A model generated the notes under the pieces. That model worked only from the letters and a program-made list of their open reading frames with translations. It was not told the origin of the DNA and did not search any database. This document shows positions 58,383-64,000 of a stretch of 64,000 nucleotides of DNA, piece after piece. A program made the position numbers and the translations under genes. Positions within the stretch are counted from its first letter, which is position 1, and every line of letters starts with the position of its first letter. The DNA comes from Acidobacteriota bacterium (GTDB taxonomy: Bacteria; Acidobacteriota; UBA890; WLXD01), in assembly GCA_965248695.1 (NCBI GenBank), contig CBDFKD010000002.1:5013201-5077200 (forward strand). Reading direction: 5' to 3'.

Positions 58383-61034
58383 GTGAGCAACCGTAGCGAC
58401 GACATTCGGCAGAAGTTCATCGATTACTTCGCCGAGCGCGGCCACACGCACGTGTCGAGTAGCAGCCTGGTGCCGGCCGACGACCCGACGTTGCTGTTCA
58501 CCAACGCCGGTATGAACCAGTTCAAGGCTACCTTTCTGGGCGAGTCGAGCCGTCCGTACCAGCGCGCGGTGACGTCACAGAAGTGCATGCGGGTATCCGG
58601 CAAGCACAACGATCTCGAAACCGTCGGCCCGTCGCTGTCTCACCACACCTTCTTCGAGATGCTCGGCAACTTCTCGTTCGGGGACTACTTCAAGGCCGAG
58701 GCGATCGTTATGGCCTGGGAGTTGATGACTGAGCATTTCGCGCTGCCCAAGGAGCGCCTTTGGGCGACCGTGTTCGAGGAAGATGACGAAGCCGAGGAGC
58801 TCTGGCTGCGGGAGACCGACATTCAGCCCGGGCGCGTTCTCCGGCTCGGCAAGGAGGACAACTACTGGTCGATGGGCGACACCGGACCTTGTGGCCCGTG
58901 CTCCGAGCTGCACTACGACTACGAGCTCGATGAGCTGGGTGAGCCAGAGACGCCGGTCGACCTTGACTCCGATCGCTTCGTCGAGCTGTGGAACCTGGTG
59001 TTCATGCAGTTCAACGCCAACGCTGACGGCAGCGTCGAGCCGCTGCCGAATCCCAACATCGATACCGGTGCCGGCCTGGAGAGGCTGACGGCGGTCCTGC
59101 AGGGAACGCGCTCGAACTACGACACCGACCTGTTCCGGCCCATCATCGAGGCCGTCGCCGACAAGGCCGGTTGTGCCTACGGCGATGCCGCGGAGACCGA
59201 TGTGGCGCTGCGGGTGATCGGCGATCACAGCCGCGCGCTGGCGTTTCTGCTCGCCGATGGGGTCATGCCGGCAAACGAGGGGCGCGGTTACGTGCTCAGA
59301 AGGCTGCTGCGGCGCGCCATGCGCTTCGGCATGAAGTTGGGGCTCGATCAGCCGTTCCTGCGTGCCTCCGCCATGACGGTTGTCGACAGGATGGGTGCGA
59401 CCTTTGCCGAGCTGCAGGAGCACCGGGATCTGATCGCGCGCGTCGTGCACAGCGAGGAGGAGCGCTTCTTGCAGACGCTCGCGGCAGGCTCACAGATGTT
59501 CAACGAGCTCGCCGCCGGCCTGAAGGCAGCTTCGGAGTCGACGATCCCGGGTGGCGACGCGTTTCGTCTCTACGACACCTTCGGCCTGCCAATCGAGTTG
59601 ACCCGCGAGTTCGCCACGGCGGAGGGACTGGCCATCGACGAAGCGGGCTTTACCCGCGCGCTCGAGGCACAGCGCGCCCGCGCGCGATCGGCCTGGAAGG
59701 GCGCCGACGATGAGCCGCTGCGCCAGCTGGTACGGAAGCTAACGGTCGACAGCGAGCCGACGGAGTTTCTCGCCTACGCGGCTACCGCCGTCGATTCAGC
59801 GCGTGTCGTTGCGCTGGTGCGCGACGGGGGATCGGTCGACAAGCTCGGTGCCGGCGACAGCGGTGGCCTGCTGGCGGACCGAACGCCTTTTTACGCCGAG
59901 TCGGGCGGGCAGGTGGCCGACGTGGGCGAGGTGTGCTGGGACGCCGGATCCGGGTTGATTACCGACGTCCAGAGGCCCGTGGCGGGCGTCATCGTGCACT
60001 TCGTCGACGTCCAAGAGGGCGAGTTGGCGGTCGAGCAGGAGATCTCCCTTCAGGTCGACGCCGTGCGGCGCCACAGCATCCGACGCAACCACACCGCCAC
60101 CCATCTGTTGCACGCGGCGTTGCGTCGGCAGCTCGGCGAGCACGTGCGGCAGGCGGGCTCGCTGGTGGACGATGGTCGTTTGCGGTTCGATTTCACCCAC
60201 TTCGAATCGCTGGAGGCTGGCCGCCTCGAGAGCCTGGAGGCGGAGGTCAACGCTGCCATTCGGGATGATCTGGCCCTTGACGTCGAGGAGACCGACTACG
60301 ACGACGCCATCGAGCGAGGGGCGCTGGCTTTCTTCGGCGAGAAGTACGGTGATCGGGTGCGGATGGTGAACATACCCGGGGTGTCCACCGAGCTTTGCGG
60401 CGGCACGCACGTCGGCCGCACGGGCGAGATCGGTGGGCTCGCGATCCAGCGCGAAGAGAGCGTTGGAGCCGGAGTTCGACGGATCGAGGCTGTCACCGGC
60501 GATTCGGCCGTGCGTACGCTGCAGCACTATCGCGGTTTGGTGCGCGATGCAGCGGTACGAATGCGAATCCCCGAGGACGCCTTGGTCGACAGCGTTGGCA
60601 AGTTGGTGCAACGCGCCCAGGAGGCCGAGCGCGAGCTCGAGCGCCTGCGCCTGCGCCTGGCCTCGCAGCAGGCCGGAAGCGATGTCGACACTGATGCGGT
60701 CGAAGTCGAAGGCGTGCGCGTCTTGCGGCGCGAAGTCGATGGATTGGACGCGTCGGGAATGCGCAACCTGGTCGACGAGCTCAAGTCGAAGATCGGGTCC
60801 GGCGTGATCGTGCTGGGGATGCGGACGAAGGGGAAGGCGGCGCTGGTGGTGGGTGTCACCGCAGACCTGACCGCCCGCATCGGCGCCGACGCGGTGATCG
60901 GCGCGGTGGCGCCAATTATCGGGGGTGGTGGCGGCGGGCACCGTGAGCTGGCGCAAGCAGGCGGTCCCGAAGCAGGAAAAGTCACTGAAGCACTAGAGAG
61001 GGCTCCGGAACTGATTGCTGAACTGCTACAGTAA
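58383..61034 (+). CDS. alaS: Alanine--tRNA ligase
   Basis: 883 aa. Class II aaRS motifs. FTNAGMNQFK. HTxxH-like editing site HTATHLLH. C-terminal DHHA1 GGGGGH. Confidence 0.95.
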   Translation: MSNRSDDIRQKFIDYFAERGHTHVSSSSLVPADDPTLLFTNAGMNQFKATFLGESSRPYQRAVTSQKCMRVSGKHNDLETVGPSLSHHTFFEMLGNFSFGDYFKAEAIVMAWELMTEHFALPKERLWATVFEEDDEAEELWLRETDIQPGRVLRLGKEDNYWSMGDTGPCGPCSELHYDYELDELGEPETPVDLDSDRFVELWNLVFMQFNANADGSVEPLPNPNIDTGAGLERLTAVLQGTRSNYDTDLFRPIIEAVADKAGCAYGDAAETDVALRVIGDHSRALAFLLADGVMPANEGRGYVLRRLLRRAMRFGMKLGLDQPFLRASAMTVVDRMGATFAELQEHRDLIARVVHSEEERFLQTLAAGSQMFNELAAGLKAASESTIPGGDAFRLYDTFGLPIELTREFATAEGLAIDEAGFTRALEAQRARARSAWKGADDEPLRQLVRKLTVDSEPTEFLAYAATAVDSARVVALVRDGGSVDKLGAGDSGGLLADRTPFYAESGGQVADVGEVCWDAGSGLITDVQRPVAGVIVHFVDVQEGELAVEQEISLQVDAVRRHSIRRNHTATHLLHAALRRQLGEHVRQAGSLVDDGRLRFDFTHFESLEAGRLESLEAEVNAAIRDDLALDVEETDYDDAIERGALAFFGEKYGDRVRMVNIPGVSTELCGGTHVGRTGEIGGLAIQREESVGAGVRRIEAVTGDSAVRTLQHYRGLVRDAAVRMRIPEDALVDSVGKLVQRAQEAERELERLRLRLASQQAGSDVDTDAVEVEGVRVLRREVDGLDASGMRNLVDELKSKIGSGVIVLGMRTKGKAALVVGVTADLTARIGADAVIGAVAPIIGGGGGGHRELAQAGGPEAGKVTEALERAPELIAELLQ

Positions 61035-61130
61035 AGTGTCTGGATCGCACGCGCCGTTGACTGTTTGCGGAACGCGAGCGATGGAGTACGGGGTCTGCGC
61101 TACCGCTTGGGGGCAAGCAGGAGGGCTGTC

Positions 61131-61748
61131 ATGGCCGTTGCGCGGCGGCATGGCGTATTCAAGGCTGGGCTGGTAGGGGCCACGGTGCTCGTGCTGGTGC
61201 TGTTCGATGCGTCCCCGGCGAGCGCCCAGATCTGGGTGGTAACCGATCCTGACGGCTCGCAGCGCTTCACCAGTTCGCCGGAACCCGGAGCAGAGCTCTT
61301 CATGCGCACCCTCCACGGACTCCGTGCGCGGCGAGCGCGGAGCGTGGCGTCGGTGGCGCCGCGCTACCAGGACGAGATCGCGCGCGCGTCGGAGCGCACC
61401 GGGCTGGCTCCGGAGTTGATCACCGCCGTGATTGCAGCGGAATCCAATTTCAACCCCAACGCCGTGTCATCAAAGGGGGCGCAGGGACTGATGCAGCTGA
61501 TGCCGGCGACCGCGGCTTCGCTGGGCGTACGCGACGTGTGGGATCCGCGCCAGAATATTCGCGGCGGATCCGATCACCTGGCGCGGCTGTACGCCAAGTA
61601 CGACGATTTGAGCCTCGCGCTGGCTGCGTACAATGCTGGAGAGGGACGCGTGACGCAGTACGGAGGAGTTCCGCCGTTCCGTGAAACGCGAACCTATGTT
61701 CGGCGTGTTCTGAGTTACTACGAGCGCTATCGGGGAAGTGCACCGTAG
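61131..61748 (+). CDS. Lytic transglycosylase (SLT domain) with signal peptide
   Basis: AESNFNPNAVSSKGAQGLMQLMPATA catalytic motif. ATG at 61131 with RBS GGAGGG. Confidence 0.7.
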   Translation: MAVARRHGVFKAGLVGATVLVLVLFDASPASAQIWVVTDPDGSQRFTSSPEPGAELFMRTLHGLRARRARSVASVAPRYQDEIARASERTGLAPELITAVIAAESNFNPNAVSSKGAQGLMQLMPATAASLGVRDVWDPRQNIRGGSDHLARLYAKYDDLSLALAAYNAGEGRVTQYGGVPPFRETRTYVRRVLSYYERYRGSAP

Positions 61749-61910
61749 GTTTTCGCCCTGGAGCTATGTTTCTCTGGTTAAGACTGGCTACCAGTAGCTA
61801 GTCAAGGGACATTCGGGGCCCTGTTGCAGTAAGAGCGCTTTTCGTCATATACTTGACGTGATTGCTGATCACTGGGGCGGAAGTCAGGGAGAGGCTGCGT
61901 AAAGGGTGGC

Positions 61911-63773
61911 ATGGCTCGGAGTTTTGCCATGGCCATCAAGCGGACCCTGTTCTGTGTTGTCATAGGTTTGCTTGGGATCGCCCTTACGGCGAGCCCGAGC
62001 ATCGGCGAGGGAGTCGAAGCCGGCGGGCTGTTCGAACGCGCTGAGACTCTCTACCGACAGCTGCGCACCGTCGACCCGGAATGCGCCGACGACGCCTCCT
62101 GGAACCGTCTGCTGTCGGCCTTCGGCCGCATCCCGGTAGAATTTCCGGCTAACCCGCTGGCCGGCGATGCTCTCTGGCGCATCGGCGACATCCACTCACG
62201 GCGAATCGCCGCCGGCGATGCGGATGCCGCAATTGCCGCACATGCGGCCTACGACTCGCTGACTAGACGCTACCCGAGCAACGTCTACGCGCCCGAGGCA
62301 TACCTGCGTATGGGCGACCTGGCCCGTCCGGCAGAGGCGTCGGGATACTACTTCCGCTTGCTGGAGATCTACCCGGGTACGCCGCAAGCCGAGGAGGCGA
62401 GTCGGCGGATCACCGGACGCGGCACGCCATCGGCGACCGCGACCGTGGTCGCGGACAGCTCGCTTGCGAGCCCAGCCGCTCCCGAGCCGTTCAACGAGCC
62501 TACGTCAACCGTCGAGAAACAGCCGCCCGTCGAGGAGCTGGAGGCGATGCCCACCCCCGCCTCCGGTCCCTCGGCAGGGCGCGTTCCGTCGACACCCGTC
62601 ATGCCCGTGGCCGCGCCAGTCGAAATGAGCGGTACGCCCGAGACATTCGAGGCCACCGAGGCGGCGGAATCGGCCTCCCCACCGGCGATCACGGGTCGCG
62701 TGCTGAGCGTGCGCCATTTCTCCGATCGCAAACATACTCGCGTTGTCTTCGATCTAGACAACCCGGTCGACCACCGGGTTGGTGAGGCGCTATCCCCGCC
62801 GCGGGTGTTCATCGACTTGATCGGTGCCGATCTGGCGCGCAACCTACCGCGCAACCTGGCCGTCAATGGCGCCGGTGTGAGACAGATCCGCATGGCCGTC
62901 AACCGTCCGGGCGTCGTCCGCGCCGTCCTTGATCTGACCGGGTCACCGAAGTACAGCGTCTTCACGCTCGCGAGCCCACCGCGACTGGTTCTGGATGTTC
63001 CCAGCGCCTCCATGGCGAAGCAGCTCAACAGCGCCCGCAGACCAGATCCGCCGGCGGGCGGCTCCGAGGCACGTCAGTTGGGCTTCGGCGTGCGGCGTAT
63101 CGTCATCGACCCTGGTCACGGTGGTACGGCACCCGGGGCCATTGGCCGGTCCGGCGCGACGGAGAAGGATCTCACGCTCGACATTTCACGCCGCGTGGCA
63201 GGCAACCTGCGCAGCAGCAACTACGAGGTCATGCTGACGCGGGCCGATGACACTACGGTCGATCTGGAAGACAGGGCGGACTTTGCCACCGACAGCGGCG
63301 CCGATCTGTTCGTATCCATCCACGTGAACTCGAGCACGAACCGCAAGCTATCGGGCTTCGAGACCTACTACCTCGACCTGGCCACGGACCCGACGGCGGC
63401 CGAGACCGCCGCGCGGGAGAACTCCGGTGCCCGAGGTGGGGTCGGTGGCCTCAACGAAGTGCTCGACGAGATCGTCAGGAACGCCAACAAGCGCGAGTCA
63501 CGTGATCTCGCCAAGTCGATCCAGGACAGCCTGGTCATGCAGATGAGCAAAGAATACGGCGACGTCCGCGACCTGGGCGTCAAGCACGCCCCGTTCGTCG
63601 TGTTGGTCGGCGCCGAGATGCCAGCGGTGCTGATAGAAGTGTCGTTCCTCAGTAATCCGACCGAAGAGACGAGGCTGAACGAGGACGCTTACCGGCAACA
63701 GGTTGCCGACGCGATCCATATCGGCATCGAGAACTTCGTCGAGCAACGGCGCATGGTCACGACGGCCGAGTGA
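61911..63773 (+). CDS. N-acetylmuramoyl-L-alanine amidase (AmiC-like; AMIN and Amidase_3 domains)
   Basis: Signal peptide. Central AMIN-like domain (RVVFDLDNP...). C-terminal Amidase_3 region (IDPGHGG...IHVNS...). Confidence 0.75.
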   Translation: MARSFAMAIKRTLFCVVIGLLGIALTASPSIGEGVEAGGLFERAETLYRQLRTVDPECADDASWNRLLSAFGRIPVEFPANPLAGDALWRIGDIHSRRIAAGDADAAIAAHAAYDSLTRRYPSNVYAPEAYLRMGDLARPAEASGYYFRLLEIYPGTPQAEEASRRITGRGTPSATATVVADSSLASPAAPEPFNEPTSTVEKQPPVEELEAMPTPASGPSAGRVPSTPVMPVAAPVEMSGTPETFEATEAAESASPPAITGRVLSVRHFSDRKHTRVVFDLDNPVDHRVGEALSPPRVFIDLIGADLARNLPRNLAVNGAGVRQIRMAVNRPGVVRAVLDLTGSPKYSVFTLASPPRLVLDVPSASMAKQLNSARRPDPPAGGSEARQLGFGVRRIVIDPGHGGTAPGAIGRSGATEKDLTLDISRRVAGNLRSSNYEVMLTRADDTTVDLEDRADFATDSGADLFVSIHVNSSTNRKLSGFETYYLDLATDPTAAETAARENSGARGGVGGLNEVLDEIVRNANKRESRDLAKSIQDSLVMQMSKEYGDVRDLGVKHAPFVVLVGAEMPAVLIEVSFLSNPTEETRLNEDAYRQQVADAIHIGIENFVEQRRMVTTAE

Positions 63774-64000
63774 TCACGGGTCGATACGTGGCGCTGAACC
63801 CGACGGCTTCGCCGACGGTCAGCTCGACCAGCCCGTTGTCGGGCAGCTCGCTGGCGACCAAATGCGCCAGATGCCTGGCGACCTCTTCGGCCGTCGGATT
63901 GAGGACGTCGAACGGTGGCAGCTCGTTGATGCACCGGCCGCGATGCCGTCGGGTCCACTCGCCGATCACCGCCCGTGCCTGTTGCGCGCTGGCCAGCGGA
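63757..64000 (-). CDS. queD: 6-carboxy-tetrahydropterin synthase (QueD/PTPS) family, 3' part only; the gene runs off the window
   Basis: C-terminal INELPPFDVLNPTAEEVARHLAHLVASELP...LVELTVGEAVGFSATYR matches the PTPS/QueD tail. Confidence 0.5.
   Translation of the reverse strand, partial: PLASAQQARAVIGEWTRRHRGRCINELPPFDVLNPTAEEVARHLAHLVASELPDNGLVELTVGEAVGFSATYRPVITRPS

Overview
This is a high-GC (~65-70%) bacterial chromosomal window with three zones. (1) 1-28.3 kb is dense in genes for exported (Sec/Tat-signal) catabolic enzymes. These include a class-V aminotransferase, a HAL-family paralogue with no usable Ala-Ser-Gly (MIO) triad, an amidohydrolase, a triple RidA fusion, an NPP phosphodiesterase, M24, S9 and M19 peptidases, two FAD oxidases, NHL-repeat proteins and a frameshifted ilvA. 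(2) 28.7-45.3 kb is an accessory mosaic. Single-gene units are separated by a family of direct repeats: a 30-nt R-core plus diverged copies of the tRNA-Glu 3' end and trailer. The mosaic is anchored at tRNA-Glu and tRNA-Lys, which sit on the minus strand. It carries two nested IS3-family elements, an IS256-family element inserted inside a REC-PAS-GGDEF-EAL gene with an intact 8-bp target duplication, a duplicated methyltransferase 5' fragment, a twice-frameshifted metalloprotease, a frameshifted aldo/keto reductase and an orphan ectC. (3) 45.4-64 kb is core housekeeping: purA, hutH, tsaB, mutS, anmK, ilvE, pilT, recX, alaS, a lytic transglycosylase, an AmiC-type amidase and a partial queD. A separate conserved ~50-nt element that would encode an FEEL-RLVPT peptide abuts the stop codons of three unrelated genes. 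A 273-bp MITE with TA target duplications lies at 8.0-8.3 kb. The long ORFs antisense to real genes are GC artefacts. Coordinates I worked out by hand may be off by 1-2 nt.
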